From a virus (lineage: Duplodnaviria; Caudoviricetes), in the IMG/VR virus record IMGVR_UViG_2930337131_000001, positions 32,001 to 96,000 of that record: a stretch of DNA of 64,000 nucleotides, one strand, 5' to 3'. Of the stretch, positions 42,935 to 51,028 are shown one piece after another. A program made the position numbers and the translations under genes. The notes under the pieces were generated by a model that was not told where the DNA came from, searched no databases, and saw only the letters and a list, made by a program, of their open reading frames with translations. The first letter of the stretch is position 1, and every line of letters begins with the position of its first letter.

Positions 42935-44178
42935 GCCTGAGCACAGAACTGCAGGCGCTCCTCGAGCCGGCCGCCCCGCAGCAGAGCCAGCCCGCCCAGT
43001 CGCAGCGCCCGCAGCAGGCCGCGCCCCGCGGCTGGGAGTCCGGGGTGCGATACGAGCCGGGCGGCACGATGGTCGTCACGGCCCCGCCCGCAGACAGCCC
43101 GCCCGCCGGAGAGGCCGACTGGCGCGAGCGCGTCGAGGAGATGGGCCTCGCCATCCCCGAGGGCTTCCGCGTCCGCCTGGTCGAGGCCAAGCACGACCCG
43201 GCCGCCTGGCACCGTGACGCCCAGGGCGACGACGCCGTCACCCGCGCGGTGTGGCGCTGCAGGTACGTGATCGAACCCGCTGCGCCCGCATGGATGTCCG
43301 CCGGCGACGTCGACGCCCTGGTCCGCGACGCGATGCGCCGCCGCCGCAAGGCGCGTCCGGCCGTCGACACCGCGGAGCGCGCCCTGGTGGTGGTGTACGC
43401 CGACGCCCAGGCCGGGAAGGTGGGCCGGGACGGAGGTACGCCGGAGCTCATCGCCCGGATCGCCGAGCGGTTCGACCGACTCGACGACCACGTCCGGGAC
43501 CTGAAGGCCGTGGGCCGCGGCCCGTCCGTCGCCTACTGGGCCGACGCCGGAGACTGTGTCGAAGGCTTCGAGAACACCACGCAGCAGGCGTTCACCAACG
43601 ACCTGACCTTGACCGAGATGATCCGCGTCCACCGGCGCGTGACCTTCGAGGGCCTGGACCGTCTCGCCGGGAAGTTCGGCCGCGTCGTCGCCGCGACCTG
43701 CGGCAGCAACCACGGCCGCGTGCGCCGCGGGAAGGACGCTGTGGGCCCGCCGGTCGACGACTGGGGCATAGAGGTCATGTCCCAGGTGGCAGACGCCTAC
43801 GCCCGCAACGAGGACGCGTACGGGCACGTCTCGTTCGTGATGCCGGAGCGGTGGCGGGACACCGTGAGCCTGGACGTCGCCGGGAAGATCGTGGGCCTGT
43901 CCCACGGCCACCAGTACCCGCGGCCGGAGAAGGCCGGCGACTGGTGGAGGGGCCAGACCTTCGGGCGGCAGCCCGTCGCGGACGCCGACATCCTGATCAC
44001 GGGGCATTACCACCACTTCCGCACCCAGCAGATGGGCAACGGCAGGCTCTGGATTCAGGCCCCGACTCTCGACAACGGCTCCGACTGGTACGCGGTCCGC
44101 TCCGGCGAGGTCTCCACGTCTGGCCTGCTCGTGTTCAGCGTCGGCCCCGAGGGCTGGGACGACCTCCGCATCTTGTGA
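42931..44178 (+). CDS. Calcineurin-like metallophosphoesterase (phage Mre11-like)
   Basis: ADAQAGK, AGDCVEG, SNHG, SHGH, TGHYHH. Confidence 0.85.
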   Translation: MSLSTELQALLEPAAPQQSQPAQSQRPQQAAPRGWESGVRYEPGGTMVVTAPPADSPPAGEADWRERVEEMGLAIPEGFRVRLVEAKHDPAAWHRDAQGDDAVTRAVWRCRYVIEPAAPAWMSAGDVDALVRDAMRRRRKARPAVDTAERALVVVYADAQAGKVGRDGGTPELIARIAERFDRLDDHVRDLKAVGRGPSVAYWADAGDCVEGFENTTQQAFTNDLTLTEMIRVHRRVTFEGLDRLAGKFGRVVAATCGSNHGRVRRGKDAVGPPVDDWGIEVMSQVADAYARNEDAYGHVSFVMPERWRDTVSLDVAGKIVGLSHGHQYPRPEKAGDWWRGQTFGRQPVADADILITGHYHHFRTQQMGNGRLWIQAPTLDNGSDWYAVRSGEVSTSGLLVFSVGPEGWDDLRIL

Positions 44179-44216
44179 AGAAGACGTAAAGGAGACCGGA
44201 AGTTCACCGTCCGCGG

Positions 44217-44960
44217 ATGACTTCCACACGCCGGTGGCTCCTGACCACCTACAAGGGATCCGACTACGCCAACACCTACAAGTGGACCCTGCCCGCGTGG
44301 GCAGGGACCCTCCCCGACGGCCGCAACTACAACACCTGTCCTGGCGCCTCTGTCTGCGCCCCCCTCTGCTACGCCCGGACGGGGACCTACCAGTTCCGCA
44401 CCGTCAAGGCCGCCCACGAGGCGAACCTGATGATGGTCCTGGACGACCTGCCCGGCTGGGAGGCGGCGATGACCGCCGAGCTCCAGCACAAGCGCTACCG
44501 AGGCGGGAAGTTCGTCCGCTGTCACGACGCCGGCGACTTCTTCAGCCCGGAGTACACCGCCGCCTGGATGCGCGTGATGCGCTCCGCCCCCGACGTCACG
44601 TTCTACGCGTACACCAAGAGCGTCAGCCTGTTCCGCGAGTGCGTGGAACCGGACCCGCCCGCGAACTTCAAGTGGGTGTACTCCCTCGGCGGCCGCGAGG
44701 ACCACCTGATCGACCTCGAGACCGAGCGGCACGTCGACGTCTTCCCCGACGAGGAAGCCGTCGAGGCGGCCGGCTACACCTCCCGGGGCGACCTGGGGGA
44801 CCTGATCTCGATTCTCGGCCCGCAGAAGGTGGGACTGCCCGCCAACAACATCCGCCACCTCAAGACCAAGCAGGGCGGCAAGCGGTTCAGCGAGCTCGAG
44901 CGCGAACGGAAGGCGCAGCGCCGCGGGCCCGGCAAGCAGTTCCGCGGCGGGCGCCCGTAG
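44217..44960 (+). CDS. GP88-family protein (mycobacteriophage gp88-like, Cys triad)
   Basis: TCPGASVCAPLCYA, VRCHDAGDF, FYAYTKS. Confidence 0.75.
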   Translation: MTSTRRWLLTTYKGSDYANTYKWTLPAWAGTLPDGRNYNTCPGASVCAPLCYARTGTYQFRTVKAAHEANLMMVLDDLPGWEAAMTAELQHKRYRGGKFVRCHDAGDFFSPEYTAAWMRVMRSAPDVTFYAYTKSVSLFRECVEPDPPANFKWVYSLGGREDHLIDLETERHVDVFPDEEAVEAAGYTSRGDLGDLISILGPQKVGLPANNIRHLKTKQGGKRFSELERERKAQRRGPGKQFRGGRP

Positions 44961-44969
44961 CTACAGGCT

Positions 44970-44997
44970 CAAGATCGTTCTTGCCCAATTGGGCAAG
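44970..44997 (-). repeat. 28-bp double-palindrome element, copy 3 (inverted)
   Basis: CAAGATCGTT-CTTGCCCAATTGGGCAAG, exact reverse complement of copy 1. Confidence 0.85.
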
Positions 44998-45014
44998 TGC
45001 CCCACCCGGCAGGG

Positions 45015-45045
45015 CGCGACCGTAACCGTCCGGGTGGGGCACGGT
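45015..45045 (+). promoter_or_regulatory. Late-promoter motif 6
   Basis: CGCGACCGTAACC-N12-CACGGT. Confidence 0.65.
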
Positions 45046-45084
45046 GCCCGCGCCCAACACAGACACGAGAGAGGGGCGTGGAGC

Positions 45085-45576
45085 ATGGGGCTCTACAAGG
45101 CGGACGGAAGCCGGATCACGAAGTCGGCGTTCCCTTCCACCACGGCGGGCATCACCGACCCCGAGGTGATCGTCACGCAGGACGTATACGCCACCCGTCA
45201 CAGCGACGAGGGCAGCTACTACCCCGGCACCAGCAACGACTCGAAGCCCGAGGGGTCCGTTAAGACCCTCGCCTTCAAGGCCGGGCAGGTCGTCCGACAG
45301 TCGGCGATCAATGCCCTGTACCCCGCGGCGGTGATCGACAGCATCAGTCCGGCAACCGGTGGTGTCGCCGGAGGCACGGTCGTGACCATCACCGGCAAGA
45401 ACCTGGACGGTGTCACCTCGGTGACCTTCAACGGAGTCGCGGGCACTGCCCTGAACGTCGTCTCCGCCACGAAGCTGACCGTCACCACGCCGGCCGTCGC
45501 GGCAGGCGTGAGGGACGTCGTCCTGGTCGACGACGCGGGCAACACGACCAAGACCGGCGGGTTCACCTACGCCTGA
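45085..45576 (+). CDS. IPT/TIG (Ig-like) domain virion protein
   Basis: IDSISPATGGVAGGTVVTITGKNL...VTF...VVSATKLTVTTPA...FTY. Confidence 0.85.
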   Translation: MGLYKADGSRITKSAFPSTTAGITDPEVIVTQDVYATRHSDEGSYYPGTSNDSKPEGSVKTLAFKAGQVVRQSAINALYPAAVIDSISPATGGVAGGTVVTITGKNLDGVTSVTFNGVAGTALNVVSATKLTVTTPAVAAGVRDVVLVDDAGNTTKTGGFTYA

Positions 45577-45588
45577 CCCGCACCACGA

Positions 45589-45618
45589 GGGGCGGCTTCC
45601 TACCCAGGAGGCCGCCCC
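45589..45618 (+). terminator. Terminator-like hairpin
   Basis: GGGGCGGCTTCCT-ACCC-AGGAGGCCGCCCC. Confidence 0.6.
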
Positions 45619-45629
45619 CTGTCGTACCG

Positions 45630-45660
45630 CGCGACACAAGCCGTACCCGACGTGCAGGGT
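45630..45660 (+). promoter_or_regulatory. Late-promoter motif 7
   Basis: CGCGACACAAGCC-N12-CAGGGT. Confidence 0.7.
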
Positions 45661-45700
45661 GCGCGCCGTCCGGACCGAACCCCCCGAGAGGGAGCCACCC

Positions 45701-46291
45701 ATGGCAGGCACCACCGCCCGCACCCGCAAGACCACGGCCAAGACCACCGAGGCCGCCCCCGCAGAGGAGACCACCGCCGAGGCTGCTCCCGCGCAGGAGA
45801 CCGCCCCCGCCGAGACCACCGCCCCGGCGGCCGCCGAGGAGACGACCGCGGCGGCCCCCGCCGAGGAGGCGGCGCCCGTGGCCGAGGACACCCCGGCCGC
45901 CGACAGCACCCCGAAGGCGCCCGAGGCTGCCCCGCTCGAGCCTCCGGCCGTCCAGGAAGCCCCGGAGGCGCCTGCAGAGCCCGGCTACGCCAGCCCCACC
46001 GAGGTCATCCCCGACGACGCCAACCTGGCCGAGGTGATCATCGACGACGCCACCAAGCAGCCCCCGGCCGACCCGAGCAGCGTGTTCCGACCGCTCACCC
46101 CCTACGGCTCCACCCTCGTGTGCACCCTGCGCCTGATCGAGCGGACGCACGTCGGGCCGCACTCCAACCCCATCGAGCGTCTCCTGCAGCCCGCGGGCGC
46201 TCAGGTCTCCGAGGGCGTCGCCGCACGCATCCAGGAGCGACTCGACGCCCAGGCCGCCCGGCTCGCCGCCCGCAACGGCGACGACGACTAA
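45701..46291 (+). CDS. Ala/Glu/Pro-rich hypothetical virion-module protein
   Basis: GGGAG RBS; APAEET repeats. Confidence 0.75.
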   Translation: MAGTTARTRKTTAKTTEAAPAEETTAEAAPAQETAPAETTAPAAAEETTAAAPAEEAAPVAEDTPAADSTPKAPEAAPLEPPAVQEAPEAPAEPGYASPTEVIPDDANLAEVIIDDATKQPPADPSSVFRPLTPYGSTLVCTLRLIERTHVGPHSNPIERLLQPAGAQVSEGVAARIQERLDAQAARLAARNGDDD

Positions 46292-46302
46292 GGGGGCGCG
46301 GG

Positions 46303-47163
46303 GTGGTCTTCGACTATGAACCCATGTACGGCGGGGCGCAGTACGACCCCGAACCGGCCGGCGGAGCTGTCAGCCGCCTGGACCTGTACGGCACGGCCGA
46401 TCGAGGCGGGCCGGTAGTCGCCGCGGCGACGACGGTCACCCGGCTCCGCGCTGGGGTGTACCGGTTCGACCTGCCCGAGGTCCCGCCCGGCCGCTACTGG
46501 GGGATGGTCACCTTCACCCCGAACGACGGGGCCCAGCCGGTCAAGGACACGAGTCCGCGCCTGGACCTGCCCATGGGCATGGGCCTCGTCACCTCCCCCG
46601 AGGCCGTCGCCGACGAACTCGGTGTCCCCCTGCCCGTCACGCCGGAGCAGCGCGGCGCGCTGGAGACTGCCATCCGCAACGCGCAGGCCGACGTGGTGGG
46701 CCACATCAACCGGCCCATCGTGCCGCGGGCACTCACCCTGCGCGCCGTGATGCCGTTCTACACCGGCCGTCTCGACGACGCCGACACCTGGCCCCTGCCT
46801 GAGCAGGACGACAACGTCGTGGTGAGCGCCTACCGAGCCAACCCGGATGGCACGTACGACGTCGACTTCCTCATCGGCCTCAACGGGGCCCGCGAGGAGA
46901 CGATCGTCCGCTACGTCACCGCGGCGGCCGCGGAGTCCGAGCGGCAACGCCCCGGCGGAGTCGGCGCCACCGGCCGCCGGGTGACCTCCGTGAGCGCCGA
47001 GGGACAGTCCATCTCCTACGAGAGCGCACCCACCGAAGGACAGGCCGGAGCAGCGCCCACGCTGGCCTCCCTCAACCGGCTGCGCCGCAGCCTGTACCAG
47101 CCCCTCAACCGCCCGGCCCGCCCGCCGTGGCCGTACTCCACGTACCGCGGCCGCGGTCGCTGA
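46303..47163 (+). CDS. Head-tail adaptor-like protein
   Basis: Position; AIRNAQADVVGHINR, RVTSVSAEGQSISY. Confidence 0.6.
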   Translation: MVFDYEPMYGGAQYDPEPAGGAVSRLDLYGTADRGGPVVAAATTVTRLRAGVYRFDLPEVPPGRYWGMVTFTPNDGAQPVKDTSPRLDLPMGMGLVTSPEAVADELGVPLPVTPEQRGALETAIRNAQADVVGHINRPIVPRALTLRAVMPFYTGRLDDADTWPLPEQDDNVVVSAYRANPDGTYDVDFLIGLNGAREETIVRYVTAAAAESERQRPGGVGATGRRVTSVSAEGQSISYESAPTEGQAGAAPTLASLNRLRRSLYQPLNRPARPPWPYSTYRGRGR

Positions 47164-47182
47164 TCCGAAAGGAGCGTCTCCG

Positions 47183-47818
47183 ATGGGCGACCTCTACCAG
47201 TCCTACAGCGAGCTGACCGGCGGCCAGATCGAGGGCATCGACTACCAACGGACCTGGCGCACGTCCGAGGTGTCCACGCTGCTGCACCTGGCTATCCACG
47301 GGGGCGGCATCGAGACCGGTACCACCGAACTCGCCGATGCGGCCGCGGCCGACATCCACGACTTCTACACCCTGGACGCCTTCAAGGCCGCCGGCAGCAA
47401 CGGTGACCTGCACATCACGTCGACCCGGTACGACGAGCCGCAGGCCCTCGCCATGGCCGCGGCCGCCACGCACATCGTGTCGTGGCACGGCGCCACGGGC
47501 ACCACCGCGTTCACCGACCTGGGTGGGCGGGACTCCAACCTCCGCGACCAGATCGGCCAGTGCCTCCGCGACGCGGGGTTCACGGTGCAGCTCGCCACGG
47601 AGGAGCTGAACGGGAACGACCCGGCGAACATCTGCAACAAGAACCGGCGCGGCATGGGCGTCCAGCTCGAGATCAGCACCACCCAGCGCGCCGCGTTCTT
47701 CGTGGGCGGCGACATGACCCGGGCCAATCGCAAGAACACCACGGCGGCGTTCACCTCGTACGTCGCCGCGGTGAAGCTGGGCATCTCCAAGGCCCTCGTC
47801 ACGGCCGGGGCGGGCTGA
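47183..47818 (+). CDS. Poly-gamma-glutamate hydrolase family protein (PghP/YjqB-like)
   Basis: AIHGGGIETGTTELA, LHITSTRYDEP, SWHG, NICNKNRRGMGVQLEIS. Confidence 0.85.
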   Translation: MGDLYQSYSELTGGQIEGIDYQRTWRTSEVSTLLHLAIHGGGIETGTTELADAAAADIHDFYTLDAFKAAGSNGDLHITSTRYDEPQALAMAAAATHIVSWHGATGTTAFTDLGGRDSNLRDQIGQCLRDAGFTVQLATEELNGNDPANICNKNRRGMGVQLEISTTQRAAFFVGGDMTRANRKNTTAAFTSYVAAVKLGISKALVTAGAG

Positions 47819-47820
47819 CC

Positions 47821-48156
47821 ATGGCTGTCGTCCTCCCGAACGCCGTACTGACCGTGTACGCCCTCGCCCACCCCTGGGGGAGGGACGCCAACGGGGTGCC
47901 CGTCCCCCCGAACCCGAACCAGAAGCCGGCCCCGCGCGGCACCTGGCCCGGGTCGGTCCTGCTGCAGGACGACGGCTCATGGTCGGTGCGCCTCGACCCG
48001 CGGGCCTGGCCGGTGAAGGACGGCGACACCATCAGCGACGAGACGGGCCGCTCTTGGACGTTGACCGGCTCGCCCCGCAACCACGCGGTGCCCGGCTGCC
48101 CTGATGTCGACTACGTCCAGGCAGTCGCCACCCTCAACCCGCCCGAGGTGCTGTGA
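47821..48156 (+). CDS. Head-closure/stopper-like protein
   Basis: Position, size, WGRDANGVP. Confidence 0.55.
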   Translation: MAVVLPNAVLTVYALAHPWGRDANGVPVPPNPNQKPAPRGTWPGSVLLQDDGSWSVRLDPRAWPVKDGDTISDETGRSWTLTGSPRNHAVPGCPDVDYVQAVATLNPPEVL

Positions 48157-48692
48157 TGGCGGACGCGAAGTTCACGCCGCGCCAGGGTCTCGAGGAGGCC
48201 CTGGCCCGGATGCTCGCCCCGTACGTGCAGCGCATCGCGCACCAGGTGGAGATCGAGGCGAAGCGCCTGGCGCCGCCCACCAAGCGGTGGGTGACCGTCG
48301 GCGACGACAAGGTCCGCCCCACCCACGTCGCGGCCCAGGGCCAGGAGGTCCCCGGGAACCTGCGCTTCACGATCAACTCCATGCGTTGGGACATGGAACA
48401 TCGGGGAGTCGGGCCCAGCACGTACATGCTCGAGCCCCGCGACGAGAGCTCCCGGGCCGTGGCCAACATCAAGAACTGCCGCTGCACCACGCACAAGGAC
48501 CCGCAGGGCATCGCCCGGCACATCAACACTGGCCAGCCGGTCGTGGCCGGGAAGAAGGTCACCGTCACCGTGTCCGTTCAGGCCCCCCAGGTCGTCGAGG
48601 CCGAGGTGGGCACCGTGTACCCGGGCAACCTGCGTGCGGACGGTACGCACTTCATGTCCCGCGCGGCCGCGATCGTCGCCGCCCGTCGCTGA
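48156..48692 (+). CDS. Neck (HK97 gp10-like) protein with inserted MuF-like motif
   Basis: EAKRLAP..., AEVGT...THFMSRAA; internal KRWVTVGDDKVRPTH...NCRC. Confidence 0.6.
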   Translation: MADAKFTPRQGLEEALARMLAPYVQRIAHQVEIEAKRLAPPTKRWVTVGDDKVRPTHVAAQGQEVPGNLRFTINSMRWDMEHRGVGPSTYMLEPRDESSRAVANIKNCRCTTHKDPQGIARHINTGQPVVAGKKVTVTVSVQAPQVVEAEVGTVYPGNLRADGTHFMSRAAAIVAARR

Positions 48693-48695
48693 CCG

Positions 48696-48725
48696 CGCGA
48701 CACAAGCCGGCCGGGCGCCCACAGT
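48696..48725 (+). promoter_or_regulatory. Late-promoter motif 8 (leaderless)
   Basis: CGCGACACAAGCC-N11-CACAGT-N7-ATG. Confidence 0.7.
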
Positions 48726-48732
48726 GCCCGGC

Positions 48733-49005
48733 ATGGCTACGAACCCCACCACCAGGAAGCCCGCCGCTGAGGCGGAGGAGAACACCGAGCCGGTCATCGA
48801 GACCGCTGAGGCCCGCCCGGAGCGCGCCCGCCGCGCACCCGACGTCGTTGGGCCGCCCCTCGGTGACGGCGAGAAGGCGGTCACCGTCACCCTGTCCCAC
48901 CACCTGCGGATCGACGGCGCCGACTATCTGCCGGGCGTCGAGATCCGCGTGTCCCCCGACTACGCCCGCGGCCTGCGCGGTCAGGGCTACGTCGCCCGCA
49001 CCTGA
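48733..49005 (+). CDS. Small hypothetical virion-module protein
   Basis: In-frame ATG 7 nt after the -10; TGATG coupling to the next gene. Confidence 0.65.
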   Translation: MATNPTTRKPAAEAEENTEPVIETAEARPERARRAPDVVGPPLGDGEKAVTVTLSHHLRIDGADYLPGVEIRVSPDYARGLRGQGYVART

Positions 49006-49430
49006 TGACCGAGCCGACCCTTGCCGACGCCGACCCGGTCTCCGTGCTCCTGGCGTGGCTTCTGCAGAGCGATGAGGTCGCCGACGCACTCGGTGGCCCC
49101 AATCGCGTGTCCGGCGTCGCCGAGGCGCCGTGGCCGCACCTGGTCATCGACCACGGCGCCGGCGGGGACCTGCGTGACCTGAACTGGGCCATGGCACCGG
49201 AGGTGACGCTCGAGGTGCACGGGGACCCGGGCGGCTGGCCGGGGAAGGCCGAACTGCGGAAGATCCTCGTGCGCTGCGCCACGGCCGCCAAGGGCATCGT
49301 CGAGGCGCCGCACACGCCCGGCCAGCCCGTCATCAACGGGGTGAAGCCCTCCGGCCTCTTGGTCTGGTCGCCGCTCGTCAACGGCCAACCCAGGTGGCTG
49401 ATGAACCTCTCGGTGACCCTGCACCCGTGA
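49005..49430 (+). CDS. Tail terminator-like protein
   Basis: Position immediately before the major tail gene, size 141 aa. Confidence 0.6.
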   Translation: MTEPTLADADPVSVLLAWLLQSDEVADALGGPNRVSGVAEAPWPHLVIDHGAGGDLRDLNWAMAPEVTLEVHGDPGGWPGKAELRKILVRCATAAKGIVEAPHTPGQPVINGVKPSGLLVWSPLVNGQPRWLMNLSVTLHP

Positions 49431-49433
49431 CGA

Positions 49434-49464
49434 CGCGACGTTAACCACTCCCGCTCTCCAAGGT
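49434..49464 (+). promoter_or_regulatory. Late-promoter motif 9
   Basis: CGCGACGTTAACC-N12-CAAGGT. Confidence 0.7.
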
Positions 49465-49503
49465 GTCCGCGCCCTGACACCGGACACCTTGGAGAGCCCC
49501 GTC

Positions 49504-50097
49504 ATGAGTGGCGAGACGATCAACAACAACGAAATCGTTGTCCCCAGCATCACCCGCGTCTACCTGGGGCCCGTCGGCACGGCCGCGCCCGCCGACGCAA
49601 CCGTGGCGATGCCGGCCGCTCTGCGGAGCGTCGGCCTCACCACTGAGGACTCGCTCAAGTTCAACTCCGAACCGAACTTCGAGCAGGTCAAGAGCGCGCA
49701 GAGCTCCTACCCGACCCGCACCTTCCAGACCTCCGACGCGGCGACCATCGAGGTCGACCTGCAGCAGTGGTCCGGCGAGAACTTCAAGGCCGTGTACGGC
49801 GGCGGCACCATCGCCGAGATCACGCCGAGCGGCGGCACCGGCACCCCCAAGCACTACAAGTTCACGCCGCCCCGCATCGGTTCTCGTACCGAGGTGATGG
49901 CCGTGGTCGAGGTCATCGACGGCGGCAAGCACTACCGCTACGTCATCCCCCGCTGCATGCAGATGGAGGGCGTCGCCTCCGACCTCGCGAAGACGAAGGA
50001 GGCCGTCCTCCCGCTGCGCCTGGCCGTCCAGGGCGGCGACGACCTGGATGCCTTCTACGTCCTCACCGACGACCCCGCGTTCGCGCCCGCGGCGTGA
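49504..50097 (+). CDS. Major tail (tube) protein
   Basis: VYLGPVGTAAP...VGLTTEDS...IDGGKHYRYVIPR; position. Confidence 0.8.
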   Translation: MSGETINNNEIVVPSITRVYLGPVGTAAPADATVAMPAALRSVGLTTEDSLKFNSEPNFEQVKSAQSSYPTRTFQTSDAATIEVDLQQWSGENFKAVYGGGTIAEITPSGGTGTPKHYKFTPPRIGSRTEVMAVVEVIDGGKHYRYVIPRCMQMEGVASDLAKTKEAVLPLRLAVQGGDDLDAFYVLTDDPAFAPAA

Positions 50098-50112
50098 CCT
50101 CCCGCGGCAGCG

Positions 50113-50143
50113 CGCGACACAAGCCCCACCGGCTTGGCACTGT
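50113..50143 (+). promoter_or_regulatory. Late-promoter motif 10
   Basis: CGCGACACAAGCC-N12-CACTGT. Confidence 0.7.
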
Positions 50144-50195
50144 CCGCGCGCTGCCGCACCCCGGCAACCCAGCTACTCAAGAAGAGGTCACCCAC

Positions 50196-50720
50196 ATGTC
50201 GTTCGTCATCGACCTGGACGCCGAGCGCCGCGAGGTCCAGTACCCCGACGGCATCCCCGTGAAGTTCGGCGGGGAACAGTTCATCTTCCCGGCCGAGCTG
50301 CCGGCCGAAGCTCTCGACCCGATCCTGTCCGACGAGCTGGACCTGGTCGGCCTCCTGGGCGAGGTCCTCGAGTCGTCCGACGGCGACGCCGGCATCAAGG
50401 AAGTCGTCAACGCCCTGTTCCGGCGCCCGTCCCTGCCGCGCAAGTTCCTCGAGGCGATCCGCCAGACGTACGCGATCCTCCTCGGTGACCAGCACGAGGA
50501 GTTCCTCAAGCGCCGCCCGTTCATCGGCGACTACGTCCGCCTCACGACCGGCCTGACCAAGGTCTACGGGGTTGAGCTGGGGAAACTCTTTCGGTCGGCC
50601 GACTCCTCCGAGAGCGATTCGGAGACCTCGAGTCCGACCTCTCCCGATACCACCGGATCGACGCCCGACGAGTCTGGCTCCGCCCCGGACAGCCCGGATT
50701 CCTCGGACTCCGACGGCTGA
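50196..50720 (+). CDS. Tail assembly chaperone (G)
   Basis: Between tube and tape measure genes; LGK slippery site then low-complexity Ser/Asp tail. Confidence 0.8.
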   Translation: MSFVIDLDAERREVQYPDGIPVKFGGEQFIFPAELPAEALDPILSDELDLVGLLGEVLESSDGDAGIKEVVNALFRRPSLPRKFLEAIRQTYAILLGDQHEEFLKRRPFIGDYVRLTTGLTKVYGVELGKLFRSADSSESDSETSSPTSPDTTGSTPDESGSAPDSPDSSDSDG

Positions 50721-51028
50721 TCTCCCTCGTCGACGGCCTGCCTGACGACTCCCAGGTCCGCTCTGCCCCCATGGGGGGCTGGAACCGGTACCTCGAGCTC
50801 CTGGCGATGGTCGTCGAGGAGATCGGACTCCTTGCCTCCGACCGACGGCGCGAGGAGCCCACCACCATCGTTCGTCCGCCGCGCCCCGGCACAGCGACGC
50901 GCAGCAGCTCCGGCACCCCACGCCAGCAGCTCCCGCCGCCCGAGCCGGAACCGCAGGCGCCCCGCATGACCGGCCACCGCCAGATGCTCATGGCCGCCAT
51001 GCAGAGAGGAATGGTCCGCAGTGGGTGA
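50196..51028 (+). CDS. Tail assembly chaperone G-T via -1 frameshift at G GGG AAA (50579-50585)
   Basis: The -1 frame is open from 50579 to 51028 and reads ...DLESDLSRYHRID...RRLISLVDGLPDDS..MGGW, joining ORF 50771..51028. Confidence 0.75.

Noticed and set aside
25494-44997. Repeats as a CRISPR array or IS ends
   Set aside because: Kilobases apart, no spacers, no cas or transposase genes
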